In this document: positions 1-12,755 of the stretch, in pieces | How the letters are laid out: each line of letters starts with the position of its first letter | Position numbering within the stretch: position 1 is the stretch's first letter | NCBI GenBank assembly: GCA_035308425.1 | Contig: DATGGP010000015.1 | Location: 23,521 to 87,520, forward strand | Source: Casimicrobiaceae bacterium | GTDB lineage: Bacteria > Pseudomonadota > Gammaproteobacteria > Burkholderiales > Casimicrobiaceae | Reading direction: 5' to 3' | Length of the DNA: 64,000 nt | Notes under the pieces: generated by a model | Seen by the model: only the letters and a program-made list of their open reading frames with translations | Databases searched by the model: none | Told to the model about the DNA's origin: nothing | Made by a program: the position numbers and the translations under genes

Positions 1-346
1 TATGCGCTGTTCGGTGGAATTTTTGGCACAGCGTTTCTGCTAGGCGTGTTCGTGGCCTCAGTAAGGGACCCTGCCTTCTGGTCGCCTACAGCAGTGATAG
101 GGAGCCTTTCTCTTGTGGATGGCGACGACGTCGCTGACCTTGGACAGCGATTCCATTCATGACCAATCGCTATTCGTGACCAGGAACGTGCCATTGAAAG
201 ACATCGTCAAGGCGCAGCTTGTCGTTGGATTTGGCGTGGCAAGCCGCACCGACGCCTTGTTGTCACGCTCCGTGAGCCGCACAGACCCAGCGAGATCGCG
301 ATTAATCTGGGATTGTTCGACCGCACCGATATTTCGCGCTGGGTAG
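1..346 (+). pseudogene. Fragment of a small membrane protein gene, apparently frameshifted near 100 (5' end outside window)
   Basis: Frame 1 reads hydrophobic YALFGGIFGTAFLLGVFVASVRDPAFWSPTAVI. Removing one G from the GGG at 100-102 continues it as GAFLLWMATTSLTLD... in frame 2 (ORF 113-346). Region is visibly more AT-rich than the rest. Confidence 0.35.
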
Positions 347-399
347 ACGCTTTGCATGCTCGATTATCGTAGGTTCCATGTCGATGCACGGATGCACGC

Positions 400-735
400 G
401 TGGTTATGGGGTATCTGCACCGTCCCTTCACGCGCCGAATAATTTCCCGACCGAACGAAATCCTCACGCCAACACGGCACAAGCTCTCCGTCGAGGATTA
501 CCACAAGCTCGGTGCCACAGGGGTGCTGAACGCGGACAGCCGCGTCGAACTGATCGACGGGGAGCTGATCGACATGGCGCCTATCGACAGCGTGCACCTG
601 AGCGTGGTGAACGCGCTTTCGATGTCGTTCGCACGCCAGGTCGCAGACCTCGCGATCGTATCCACGCAGAACCCCGTCAGCCTCCCAACGTTGCCCGGCA
701 TCTTCGTGGGACTGAGCGAACTGCTCGAAGCATGA
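400..735 (+). pseudogene. Uma2/DUF820-family PD-(D/E)xK endonuclease, internally deleted
   Basis: HKLSVEDYHKLG..GVL..DSRVELIDGELIDMAPI..H...V..L...VSTQNPV is the Uma2 N-terminus. It runs directly into a C-terminus-like PTLPGIFVGLSELL, with no EPD/PD or VEV motif. Start codon uncertain. Confidence 0.75.
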
Positions 736-851
736 CGAGCGGCCGAAGTGTCGCGATAACCGCGAACGCTCCAACGTTGCTTAGCGCCTGCCGCGGCTAT
801 GCACCGCGTGCAGGCGCGTGTTCCCCGATCGCCGCTCGACGATCGGACAGC

Positions 852-1535
852 TCACTTTGCGGTGATCCTCGCGACCGCATTCAACAATGGGCCGGCCTTC
901 GCATTGTGGTACTTGTTGCGCATGATGATGTCCGGCGGGAGCACGCTTCTCGCGTTGTAGTACGCGTGGTTCCAGTCGTCGCTCGCATGTACCACCGTGC
1001 CGTCGAGATTCAAGCCGCCGTAAACGCCCTTCGATCGGGTGAACGACACGAGGTCCGCCGTGACCGTCGACTTCGCACCGGCGCCCACCGGTCCTGCCGC
1101 GATGCTCGCGTCGCCGCCGATCTTGAACGTCGATGCCATCAGCGAGTTGAGGCCCTTTTCCGTCATGACGACGATGATCGCCTCCGACACTTCGAGGCCC
1201 GCCTGAAAGCCGACGCTCGCTGTCGCGAGGTCGTAGAACGCCGGGCCGGTCCACGTGCGTCCATTTCGTGCGACGAGCACCGCGCGACCGCCCGAACCGC
1301 CGAAGATGAATCCCGCCTTGACGATCTGCGGCGCAATCAGGAGCGCCTTCGCGCGACCGATGTTGTCGTGGATCCACGTCTGGTCGGGATCGCGCATGAA
1401 GTTCGCAATCGTCTTCTGCGCATCGTTGACGAGCTTCTGCTGATCGGCTTGTGCAGCGGCAAGCGTGGGTAGCGCGAGCCACGCCAGGGTCGCGGCAGCA
1501 ACGAACAACGCCCGCGCTTTGTTACGAGTGATCAT
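852..1535 (-). CDS. SYLF (YSC84/DUF500) lipid-binding domain protein with Sec signal peptide
   Basis: KAGFIFGGSGGRAVL, ASVGFQAGLE and SKGVYGGLNLDG motifs. Start reassigned to ATG at 1535 (MITRNK), with GGGGGA upstream and an AAA-Q cleavage-like site. Confidence 0.9.
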   Translation of the reverse strand: MITRNKARALFVAAATLAWLALPTLAAAQADQQKLVNDAQKTIANFMRDPDQTWIHDNIGRAKALLIAPQIVKAGFIFGGSGGRAVLVARNGRTWTGPAFYDLATASVGFQAGLEVSEAIIVVMTEKGLNSLMASTFKIGGDASIAAGPVGAGAKSTVTADLVSFTRSKGVYGGLNLDGTVVHASDDWNHAYYNARSVLPPDIIMRNKYHNAKAGPLLNAVARITAK

Positions 1536-1764
1536 GACAAGAGTCCCCCATTGGAATGCCGGTTCACGATGACTTCGCCTGTGCCTGCTTTCTTGTTGCC
1601 GCACGCCGAGGCGCGCGAGCGCGAAGTCTACTCGATTCGACATCGTCGCAGGCGAAGTCGTCGCTTCCGTTCGGTTGAAACCGATTCGCCCCGTCAAGCA
1701 CCCGCCGAGGTGTATCGTAGGCCGTTCCAACATTCATCGACACGCGATCGAAAGAGGAGGACAC

Positions 1765-2469
1765 ATGGTTGCTCGCTCAATGGCCTCGCTTCATGGGATT
1801 GCCCTCGTCCTCGTGGGCATCGCAGCCTTGACCGGATGTTCGACGACCGGTCCGAATGGAAGCCGCGTCTCGCCGTACGAGCCGGAAAGCCTCGTGAGCG
1901 ATGCGCAGATCTCGTTCGACAATTTCCTGCGCGACCCCGACCAGACATGGGTGCAGGACAATCTCGGTCGAGCGAAGGCGGTTCTGATCGCCCCGCGGAT
2001 CGTCAAGGCGGGCTTCATTTTCGGCGGGTCGGGTGGCAGAGCCGTCCTCCTCGCCCGAAATGGCCGCGCGTGGGTTGGCCCCGCCTTCTACAACCTGGCA
2101 ACGGCGAGCGTCGGATTCCAGGCAGGTCTCGAGGTATCGGAGGCGCTCATCCTCGTGATGACCGACAAGGGACTCAATTCGCTGATGGCGTCGACGTTCA
2201 AGATCGGTGGCGACGCGAGCATTGCCGCGGGACCGGTCGGCGCCGGCGCGAAATCGACGGTTACCGCGGACCTGATCGCGTTCACGCGCGCGAAGGGCGT
2301 GTATGGCGGCGTCAACCTCGACGGTACGGTGGTGCATACGAACATCGCGTGGAACGACGCATACTACGACGCCAACAATGTCCTTCCTCCCGACATCCTG
2401 ATTCGCGGGACGGCGCGCACGCAGAAGGGAGCGGCATTGCGCAGCGAAATCGCGCGCGCGGCAAGGTAG
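1765..2469 (+). CDS. SYLF (YSC84/DUF500) domain lipoprotein
   Basis: Same SYLF motifs. AGGAGG RBS before ATG 1765; lipobox LTGC. Confidence 0.9.
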   Translation: MVARSMASLHGIALVLVGIAALTGCSTTGPNGSRVSPYEPESLVSDAQISFDNFLRDPDQTWVQDNLGRAKAVLIAPRIVKAGFIFGGSGGRAVLLARNGRAWVGPAFYNLATASVGFQAGLEVSEALILVMTDKGLNSLMASTFKIGGDASIAAGPVGAGAKSTVTADLIAFTRAKGVYGGVNLDGTVVHTNIAWNDAYYDANNVLPPDILIRGTARTQKGAALRSEIARAAR

Positions 2470-2490
2470 GTGCGCGGTTGCGTTAGCCGA

Positions 2491-2525
2491 CGGGGTGCCG
2501 GCGTCGGCCGGCACCCCGCGCCTTT
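2491..2525 (+). terminator. Putative intrinsic terminator after the SYLF lipoprotein gene
   Basis: Perfect 12-bp stem CGGGGTGCCGGC/GCCGGCACCCCG with 4-nt loop, but only a weak U-tract. Confidence 0.45.
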
Positions 2526-2666
2526 GCCTCCTCGCTCGTCTATCGAGCGGCCATGTCGCGCGACTCACCGTTCGCGATCAAGCGGCTTGCCGGGCAATGC
2601 ACGAAGTGAGCTTCCAGGTGCGCCGGCGAGTGCGCATCGCTCGCGCTAAACTCCGCAAAACGACAA

Positions 2667-5228
2667 ATGCAGCTCCCCGGCACAAGCTACGTCCTCGAGG
2701 TCAACCCGGTCATTCCGCGCGCGCTCGCACGGCTGTCCGATCTCGCGAACGACCTCTGGTATAGCTGGGACCGGCCCACGCGCGAGCTCTTCGCGCGGCT
2801 TCATCCCGGTCTGTGGAACGCGGTTGGTCATAGCCCGAAGGCGTTCCTGAAGCGCGTCGATCAGGGCCGCCTCGACGCCGCGACGAAGGACCCCGTCTTT
2901 CTCTACAACTTCCATCGCGTACTGTCGACGCACGACACGTACGATGAGATGGGCTCGCGCGACGCGACAGCGGCCGCGCTTGGCCCGGACGATCACGTCG
3001 CTTACCTCTGCGCGGAGTTCGGCTTCCACGAAAGCCTGCCGATCTATTCGGGCGGCCTCGGCATTCTCGCTGCCGATCACTGCAAGGCCGCAAGCGACAG
3101 CAATGTGCCGCTGACCGGCGTGGGTCTTCTGTATCGGCAGGGTTATTTCTCGCAGATGATCGACGCGGAAGGCAACCAGCACGCGAACTACACCGATTCG
3201 AGCTTCGACGAGCTTCCGGTCGAGCTCATGCGCGGCAGGGATGGCCAGGAGCTTCGCGTCGAGGTGGAGCTTCCCGAGCGAAATGTTTCCGTGCGCGTAT
3301 GGCGCGCAAGAGCCGGGCACGTGACGCTTTGCCTGCTCGACACCGACGTCGCCGAGAATGCGGAGCACGATCGGCTCGTCACCTATCGTCTCTATGGCGG
3401 CGATCGCACGACGCGCATCGAGCAGGAGATCGTGCTCGGCATCGGGGGCGTGCGGGCACTCGCCGCACTTGGCATCAAGCCGACGATCTGGCACATGAAC
3501 GAGGGTCACGCGGCCTTCATGGTGCTGGAGCGCGTGCGCATGCTCGCACGTGAGGGAACGCCTTTCGAGACGGCGCTCGAGGCCGTCGCGGCGAGCAGCG
3601 TGTTCACGAGCCATACGCCGGTTGCCGCGGGCCACGACCAGTTCGCGGCGCAGGTGATCGCGCAATATTTCGAGACGTACTGCGGCGATGTCGGCACGAC
3701 GATGCCGGCACTTCTCGATCTCGGCCGCGCGCCAGGCAGCGACGAGTTCAACATGACGGCGCTCGCGATCCGCGGCTCGCGTTACCACAACGGCGTGTCG
3801 CGGATACACGGCGAAGTCACGTCGCGAACGCTCCAGGGCCTGTGGCCCGAAGTGCCGCCGGAGGAGAACCCCGTCGACTACGTGACCAACGGCGTGCACG
3901 TGCGCACGTTCCTCGCCGTCGAATGGTTCGACCTGTTCGATCGCTATCTCGGGCCGGAATGGACGCACCGCTTGCGCGACAGCACCGAGTGGCGCGACAT
4001 CGACCGCATTCCCGATCACCTGTTCTGGTCGGTGCATCAGCACTTGAAGTCGGCGATGCTGCAGATCGTGGGCGAACGCCTGCGCAGGCAGCATTTCCGC
4101 AACCAGGTCAGCGAATCGCACCTCGACCGCATCCTGCGTTACGCGAATCCCGGCGATCCGACGGTGCTGACCATCGGCTTCGCGCGTCGCTTCGCGACCT
4201 ACAAACGCGCAACGCTGCTCTTCAACGATCTCGACTGGCTGCGCGCGATCGTGAGCGATCCAAAGCGTCCGGTCGTGTTCGTCTTCGCGGGCCGCGCGCA
4301 TCCCGCCGACGTTCCGGGGCAGGATCTGATTCGCGAAATCGCGCGCGTTGCGCGCCTGCCGGAATTCGAGGGTCGCATCCTCTTGGTCGAAGGTTACGAT
4401 CTGCGCCTCGCGCGGCGGCTCGTCACCGGCGTCGACATCTGGCTCAACAATCCGATCTACCCGCTCGAAGCGTCCGGCACGTCGGGGATGAAGGCGGGCA
4501 TGAACGGCGTCATCAACCTCTCCGTTCAGGACGGATGGTGGGGCGAGGGCTATCAGCACGGCAACGGGTGGGCGATCAAGCCGGCCACCGGCACGACGGA
4601 CCCGCAGCGACGCGACCGGGACGAGGCACGTTCGCTCTACGAAATCCTCCAGGACCACACGCTGCCGACGTACTACGATCGCTCGCCGGCAGGCTATTCG
4701 CCAGCGTGGCTGCGCATGGCGAAGCAATCGATGGCCACGCTTCTGCCGCGCTTCAACGCGGGCCGGATGTTGCGCGAATATGTCGAGAAGCTCTACGCAC
4801 CGGCGGCGGCGCAGGGACGCCGCTACATGGCCGACGATCGCGCGGTCGCCAAGACGGTCGCGCAGTTCAAGCGGCGTGTCCGCGATGCGTGGCCGCGCGT
4901 CTCGCTTCGCGTGCGAAGCGGCGGTGCGCAGAAGATCACGTTCGGAGACCGCTTCTCGGTCGAAGTCGACGTCGACCTGGCCGGGCTCGATCCAGACGAT
5001 GTTGTCGTCGAGCTCGTGCTCGAACGCATCGACGAGCGCAGCGGTCGCGGCGAGCGGCGCAGCTATCCATTGCGGCCCAAGGACGGCGTCGACGAATCGG
5101 GACACCACCGATACGGCATCGAGCTTGCCCCGGAATTGTGCGGGCATCTGCGGTACCGTGTGCGCGCGTATCCATGCCACCGTGATCTTGCACATCCTCA
5201 CGAAACGGGGTTGATGCGCTGGGCGTGA
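2667..5228 (+). CDS. glgP: Alpha-glucan (glycogen) phosphorylase
   Basis: 853 aa; AEFG..ESLPIYSGGLG, HMNEGHAAF, ARRFATYKRA and EASGTSGMKA (PLP lysine) motifs. Confidence 0.95.
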   Translation: MQLPGTSYVLEVNPVIPRALARLSDLANDLWYSWDRPTRELFARLHPGLWNAVGHSPKAFLKRVDQGRLDAATKDPVFLYNFHRVLSTHDTYDEMGSRDATAAALGPDDHVAYLCAEFGFHESLPIYSGGLGILAADHCKAASDSNVPLTGVGLLYRQGYFSQMIDAEGNQHANYTDSSFDELPVELMRGRDGQELRVEVELPERNVSVRVWRARAGHVTLCLLDTDVAENAEHDRLVTYRLYGGDRTTRIEQEIVLGIGGVRALAALGIKPTIWHMNEGHAAFMVLERVRMLAREGTPFETALEAVAASSVFTSHTPVAAGHDQFAAQVIAQYFETYCGDVGTTMPALLDLGRAPGSDEFNMTALAIRGSRYHNGVSRIHGEVTSRTLQGLWPEVPPEENPVDYVTNGVHVRTFLAVEWFDLFDRYLGPEWTHRLRDSTEWRDIDRIPDHLFWSVHQHLKSAMLQIVGERLRRQHFRNQVSESHLDRILRYANPGDPTVLTIGFARRFATYKRATLLFNDLDWLRAIVSDPKRPVVFVFAGRAHPADVPGQDLIREIARVARLPEFEGRILLVEGYDLRLARRLVTGVDIWLNNPIYPLEASGTSGMKAGMNGVINLSVQDGWWGEGYQHGNGWAIKPATGTTDPQRRDRDEARSLYEILQDHTLPTYYDRSPAGYSPAWLRMAKQSMATLLPRFNAGRMLREYVEKLYAPAAAQGRRYMADDRAVAKTVAQFKRRVRDAWPRVSLRVRSGGAQKITFGDRFSVEVDVDLAGLDPDDVVVELVLERIDERSGRGERRSYPLRPKDGVDESGHHRYGIELAPELCGHLRYRVRAYPCHRDLAHPHETGLMRWA

Positions 5229-5292
5229 TCCCGGCAATGTGTGCGGGCCCGCGGCTCCGTCGGGCATGCCGCGGCCCGTTGGGAACCCGATC

Positions 5293-5318
5293 TGAACCAA
5301 ACGGGGCGTTTGCTGGTC
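5293..5318 (+). promoter_or_regulatory. Possible ECF-sigma promoter (TGAACC-N17-GTC) upstream of glgB
   Basis: Pattern resembles RpoE-type GAAC...GTC promoters; a similar motif occurs at 23699-23726. Short motif, may be chance. Confidence 0.25.
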
Positions 5319-5415
5319 CGCTTGTCGGAGCGGCAGAAAATGCGGGGCAGGTCGCGGACCGCCCGGCGAACCGAAAAGCCGCATCGATCGCGCCGATTGA
5401 AGGGGAACCGATGAC

Positions 5416-7318
<1,903 letters not shown>

Positions 7319-7332
<14 letters not shown>

Positions 7333-9343
7333 CGTGGCGGCGGGCGATCGTGCGGCACTCTCCGCCGAAGGACGCGCACGCGCCGTCATCGAGAACGTCG
7401 CGCCGCAAGTCGATGGCGGGCGATTCGCGATCAAGCGCATCGCGGGCGATCGGATCGAAGTCGAAGCCGACTGTTTCGCCGACGGGCATGATGTGCTCGC
7501 ATGCAGGCTTCGCCATCGGCGCGAGGACGACGCAAAGTGGAACGAAGCGCCAATGGCGCCGCTTGGCAACGATCGGTGGCGCGGCGAATTCGTCGTGACC
7601 GACATCGGCCGCTATCGCTATGCGATCTCTGCGTGGGTCGACACGTTCCTGTCCTGGCGCCATGATTTCGAGCGCCGCGTCGATCCAGACGATCTGAGCG
7701 TGGCGGCGCAGGTGGGCGCGCAGATCGTCGCGTCGGCGTCACGGCGTGCGCGTGGCGAGGATCGCAAGCGCCTCGCCGAATGGGCCCGATTGCTCGGCGA
7801 GACGACGGACGTCGATGCGCTATGCGAGCTCGCGCTCGACGAGACGCGTGCCTCACTCGCGATGCGCTATCCCGATCGACGCTTCGAGACGAAGCACCCC
7901 GTCGAATTTCCCGTCGTCGTCGACCGCGCGCGCGCTGGCTTCTCGAGCTGGTACGAGCTCTTCCCGCGCTCGACGGCGCAACGCGAAGGCGTGCATGGCA
8001 CGTTCGGAGATTGCGAGGCGCGCCTGCCTTACGTTGCGCAAATGGGCTTCGACGTCGTTTACCTGCCGCCGATCCATCCGATCGGCCGCGTGCGACGCAA
8101 GGGCCCGAACAACAGTCTCATCGCGGGACCGGACGACGTCGGAAGCCCGTGGGCGATCGGCGCCGACGAGGGCGGACACAAGGCGCTGCATCCGCAACTC
8201 GGCACGTTCGACGACTTCGCGCGCTTCCTCGCGCGCGCGACATCGCTCGGCCTCGAGGTCGCGATCGACATCGCGTTCCAGTGCGCGCCGGATCATCCGT
8301 ACGTGAACGAGCATCCGGAGTGGTTCCGGCATCGGCCGGACGGCAGCGTGCAGTACGCGGAGAATCCGCCGAAGAAATACCAGGACATCTATCCGTTCAA
8401 TTTCGATTCGGATCAGAGGCGGACGCTGTGGGAAGAGCTTCACGACGTCATGACGTTCTGGCTCGAGCACGACATTCGCATCTTCCGCGTCGACAACCCG
8501 CACACCAAGCCGTTCGCGTTCTGGGAATGGGCGATCGCGCGGATCAAGCATGCTCATCCCGACGCGATCTTCCTCTCCGAGGCGTTTACGCGGCCGAAGG
8601 TGATGCACCGGCTCGCGAAGCTTGGCTTCACGCAGTCGTACACCTATTTCACGTGGCGCAACGACAAGCGCGAGGTCACCGAATATTTCACCGAGCTCAC
8701 CAAGGGACCGGGGCGCGAATACTTCCGACCGAATTGCTGGCCCAATACGCCGGACATCCTCGCTGAAGCCTTGCAGATCGGCGGTCGGCCGGCGTTCATG
8801 GCGCGGCTCGTTCTCGCCGCCACGCTTTCCGCCAACTACGGCATCTACGGTCCCGCGTTCGAGCTGCTCGAGCACACGCCGCGCGAGCCAGGCTCCGAGG
8901 AATACCTGAACTCCGAGAAGTACGAGCTCAAGCACTGGGACCTGGAGCGCGCCGATTCGCTCGCGCCTTTCATCGCGCGCGTCAATGCCGCGCGCAAGGA
9001 CAATCCGGCGCTGCAGCGCGACGGCGGCCTGACGTTCTTTCCAACGGACAACGACGAGCTCCTGTGCTACGCGCGCGTCGATGCAACAGGTTCCAACGCG
9101 ATCATCGTCGCCGTGAACCTCGATCCGCACCACGCGCAATCGGGCTTCGTCACGATCGATCTCGAGGCGCTCGGCATCGGCGCCGACCAGCCTTTCCAGG
9201 TGCACGACCTCTTGACCGACGCGCGCTATGCCTGGCACGGCGCGCGCAATTTCGTGATGCTCGACCCGATGCACGTGCCGGCGCATCTGTTCCGTGTGCG
9301 CCGACAGACGCGCGACGAGCACGACTTCCTCTACTTTGAATAA
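7319..9343 (+). CDS. glgE: Alpha-1,4-glucan:maltose-1-phosphate maltosyltransferase
   Basis: 674 aa; [38 protein letters not shown] and WPNTPDIL motifs. Confidence 0.95.
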
Positions 9344-9352
9344 GAGGACCTT

Positions 9353-12300
9353 TTGAACGACCCGATCACGACCGCGCTCGCCACGCCCGACACGTCGCAG
9401 CCGATCGAGCGTCCGTACTGGTACAAGGACGCGATCATCTACCAGCTTCACATCAAGGCGTTCTACGACTCGAACGGCGATGGCATCGGTGATTTCCACG
9501 GATTGACCGAAAAGCTCGACTACATCAAGGACCTCGGCGTCAACACGATCTGGCTTTTGCCGTTCTACCCGTCGCCGCTTCGCGACGATGGCTACGACGT
9601 CGCCGACTACCGCGGCGTCAACCCGCTGTACGGCACGCGCGCCGACTTCCACCATTTCGTCCGTGAGGCGCACCGGCACGAGCTTCGCGTCATCACCGAG
9701 CTGATCGTCAACCACACGTCCGACCAGCATCCGTGGTTCCAGGCCGCGCGGCGTGCGCCGAAAGGCTCGAACAAGCGCAACTACTACGTCTGGAGCGACG
9801 ACCCGACGAAGTACAGCGGCACGCGGATCATCTTCACCGACACCGAGAAGTCGAACTGGGCGTGGGACGACGTCGCGAAGGCGTACTACTGGCATCGCTT
9901 CTTCAGCCACCAGCCCGATCTCAATTTCGACAATCCGCAGGTGCTGAAGGCGGTCCTTCGCGTGATGCGCTTCTGGCTCGACATGGGGGTCGACGGTTTC
10001 CGCCTCGACGCGATTCCATACCTGTGCGAGCGTGAAGGGACGAACAACGAGAACCTGCCCGAGACGCACGGGGTGCTGAAGCGGCTGCGCGCGCAGCTCG
10101 ATGCGCAGTACCCGAACGTGCTGCTGCTCGCCGAGGCGAACCAGTGGCCGGAGGATGTGCGCGAGTATTTCGGCGAGGGCGACGAGTGCCACATGGCGTA
10201 CCACTTTCCGCTGATGCCGCGGATGTACATGGCGATCGCGCAGGAGGAGCGACATCCGATCACCGAGATCATGGCGCAGACGCCGGACATTCCGGAGAGC
10301 TGTCAGTGGGCGATCTTCCTGCGCAACCACGACGAGCTCACGCTCGAGATGGTGACCTCGCGCGAGCGCGACTACATGTACAACATGTACGCGGCCGACA
10401 AGCGTGCGCGGATCAACCTCGGCATTCGGCGCCGGCTTGCGCCATTGCTCGAAAACGACATGGGCCGCATCAAGCTGATGAACAGCCTGCTTTTGTCGAT
10501 GCCCGGCTCGCCGACGCTCTATTACGGCGACGAGATCGGCATGGGCGACAACATCTATCTCGGCGATCGCGACGGCGTGCGCACGCCGATGCAATGGGCG
10601 CCCGAGCGCAACGGCGGGTTTTCGCGCGCCGATCCGCAGCGGCTGTACCTGCAGCCGATCATGGATCCAGTGTACGGCTACGAGGCCGTCAATGTCGAGG
10701 CGCAATGGCGCGCGCCCGCGTCGCTTTTGCACTGGACGCGCCGGATGCTCGCGGTGCGCAAGGCGTTCGTCGCGTTCGGCCGCGGGACGCTTTCGTTCCT
10801 GCGGCCGGCGAATCGCAAGATCCTCGCGTACCTGCGCGAATACGGCGACGAGACGATCCTTTGCGTCGCCAATCTCGCGCGCTCGGCGCAGCCGGTCGAG
10901 CTCGACCTCGCAGCCTACAAGGGTCGCATTCCGATCGAGCTCCTCGGGCGCACGCCGTTCCCGCCGATCGGCGAGTTGCCCTATATGCTGACGCTCGCGA
11001 GCCACGCGTTCCTGTGGTTTCGGCTCGCGCCTGCGCAGCTCGTGCCGTCGGGTCGCGAGGAGCAGGTCGCCACGCAGGAGTTGCCGGTGCTCGTGCTGTT
11101 CGACGGCTGGGCGAGCCTCTTTCGCGAGCGCGTCGTGCCGTGGCGGATGGGCATGTCCGACAAGGTGCGTCGCCAGCTCGAAGAGGATGCGCTGCCGGCG
11201 TTCGTCGCCGGGCGTCGGTGGTACGCGGCGAAGAGCCAGGCTGTGCGCCGCGTCGAGATCGCCGACCACGTCGAATGGAAGCCGCACGATCGCACGTGGC
11301 TGATCACGCTCGCACGCGTGCACGCGGGCAACGAGACGCAGGCGTATTTCCTGCCGTTGTCGCTCGCGTGGGAGGATTTCGACGAGCCGCTGATGCGGGC
11401 GCTCGCGCCGTTCGCGATCGCGAAGGTCCGCCAGCAGGCGCAGGTCGGGATACTTGCCGACGCGTTCGGCGACGAGTCGTTCGTGCGCGCGCTCGTGCAG
11501 GCGACCGGCGACGGCGCCAGCGTCAAATCCGCGCGCGGCACGATCCATTTCAAGCCGACGAGCGCGTTCGCGCAGATCGCCGGCAGCGATTTCATCACGC
11601 TGCCGGTGTCGACACCCGGCGCGCACAGCAGCAATACGATCGTCGCGCTCGCCGATCGACTCTTCGTCAAGGGCTATCGCAGGTTGCAGGTCGGCGTGAA
11701 TCCCGAAGTGGAGATCGGCCGCTATCTGACGGAGGTCGCGCATTTCGCGCACGCCGTTCCGGTGGCCGGCAGCGTCGAGTTCGTCGCGGACGACGGCCGG
11801 GTGGCAACGCTCGTCCTGATCCAGGGGTACGTGCTGAACCAGGGGGACGGCTGGGACTACACGCAGCACTATCTCGACCGATTCTTCGACGACATCGCGC
11901 GAGGCGTCGCGAACGTCGCCGGCGCCGAAGTGCATGGCGCGTACACGACGCTCGCCCGAACGCTCGGCATGCGCACGGCGGAGTTGCATCGCGCGTTCGC
12001 GCAGGCGAGCGGCATTCCCGCATTCGACCCCGAGCCGATGACCACGGAGGACGTCGCGCAACTGATCGAGCGCGTGCGCACCGAGGCGAACGCGTCGCTC
12101 GATCGGCTGGCGCAGCGGCTCGGCGCGTTGAACGAATCGGTCCGCGCCGATGCGGAGCGCGTGCTCGGCGAGCGCGAGCGCCTGCTTGCCCGCATCGCGC
12201 GCCACGCGGGCGATGCGCGCGCCGGCCGCAAGACGCGCATCCATGGCGACTATCACCTGGGCCAGGTGCTGCTCGTGCAAAACGATTTCGTCATCACCGA

Positions 12301-12682
12301 CTTCGAGGGCGAGCCATCGCGTCCGCTGGCCGAGCGAACGCGCAAGCAGTCGCCGCTGAAGGATGTTGCCGGCATGCTGCGCTCGTTCGACTATGCGGTG
12401 CACGCCGCCCTCATGGATCTCGCGAGCGAGCGTGGCGACGTGCGCGAGCGCGTCGAGGAAGCGGCGCGCCAATGGCGCGCGCAGGCGATAGGCGCTTTCA
12501 TCGACGGCTACGACGAGATCGCACGCGCGGGCGGGCTCGCATCACCGCGCGGTGAGGCGTCGGGACTCCTCGAGCTCTTCGTGCTCGAGAAAGCGGTGTA
12601 CGAGCTTCACTACGAAAGCGAGAACCGGCCCGATTGGCTCGCGATCCCGCTTCGCGGGCTCCTCGGCGTTCTCGGGTCGTGA
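9353..12682 (+). CDS. treS: Trehalose synthase-maltokinase fusion (TreS-Mak)
   Basis: 1109 aa. N-terminal GH13 TreS ([30 protein letters not shown]) and C-terminal maltokinase ([29 protein letters not shown]). TTG start. Confidence 0.95.
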   Translation: MNDPITTALATPDTSQPIERPYWYKDAIIYQLHIKAFYDSNGDGIGDFHGLTEKLDYIKDLGVNTIWLLPFYPSPLRDDGYDVADYRGVNPLYGTRADFHHFVREAHRHELRVITELIVNHTSDQHPWFQAARRAPKGSNKRNYYVWSDDPTKYSGTRIIFTDTEKSNWAWDDVAKAYYWHRFFSHQPDLNFDNPQVLKAVLRVMRFWLDMGVDGFRLDAIPYLCEREGTNNENLPETHGVLKRLRAQLDAQYPNVLLLAEANQWPEDVREYFGEGDECHMAYHFPLMPRMYMAIAQEERHPITEIMAQTPDIPESCQWAIFLRNHDELTLEMVTSRERDYMYNMYAADKRARINLGIRRRLAPLLENDMGRIKLMNSLLLSMPGSPTLYYGDEIGMGDNIYLGDRDGVRTPMQWAPERNGGFSRADPQRLYLQPIMDPVYGYEAVNVEAQWRAPASLLHWTRRMLAVRKAFVAFGRGTLSFLRPANRKILAYLREYGDETILCVANLARSAQPVELDLAAYKGRIPIELLGRTPFPPIGELPYMLTLASHAFLWFRLAPAQLVPSGREEQVATQELPVLVLFDGWASLFRERVVPWRMGMSDKVRRQLEEDALPAFVAGRRWYAAKSQAVRRVEIADHVEWKPHDRTWLITLARVHAGNETQAYFLPLSLAWEDFDEPLMRALAPFAIAKVRQQAQVGILADAFGDESFVRALVQATGDGASVKSARGTIHFKPTSAFAQIAGSDFITLPVSTPGAHSSNTIVALADRLFVKGYRRLQVGVNPEVEIGRYLTEVAHFAHAVPVAGSVEFVADDGRVATLVLIQGYVLNQGDGWDYTQHYLDRFFDDIARGVANVAGAEVHGAYTTLARTLGMRTAELHRAFAQASGIPAFDPEPMTTEDVAQLIERVRTEANASLDRLAQRLGALNESVRADAERVLGERERLLARIARHAGDARAGRKTRIHGDYHLGQVLLVQNDFVITDFEGEPSRPLAERTRKQSPLKDVAGMLRSFDYAVHAALMDLASERGDVRERVEEAARQWRAQAIGAFIDGYDEIARAGGLASPRGEASGLLELFVLEKAVYELHYESENRPDWLAIPLRGLLGVLGS

Positions 12683-12755
12683 TCGCGGTTCTGATCGGTC
12701 ATGTTTGAGAGGCGGAGGGCGGTTCGCCCGTTCGCCATCGTGCTGGGAGAACGTC

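Noticed and set aside
852-2469. Shufflon-like inversion swapping signal peptides between the SYLF paralogues
   Set aside because: Synonymous divergence leaves only short perfect DNA matches (about 17 bp in the stretch compared) and no invertase is adjacent; not supported.
7853-12472. 1539-aa minus-strand ORF and many other long antisense ORFs (e.g. 2646-5450, 45093-46922, 49029-50885)
   Set aside because: Shadow ORFs opposite well-supported genes, expected in high-GC DNA with strong codon bias; no recognisable motifs.
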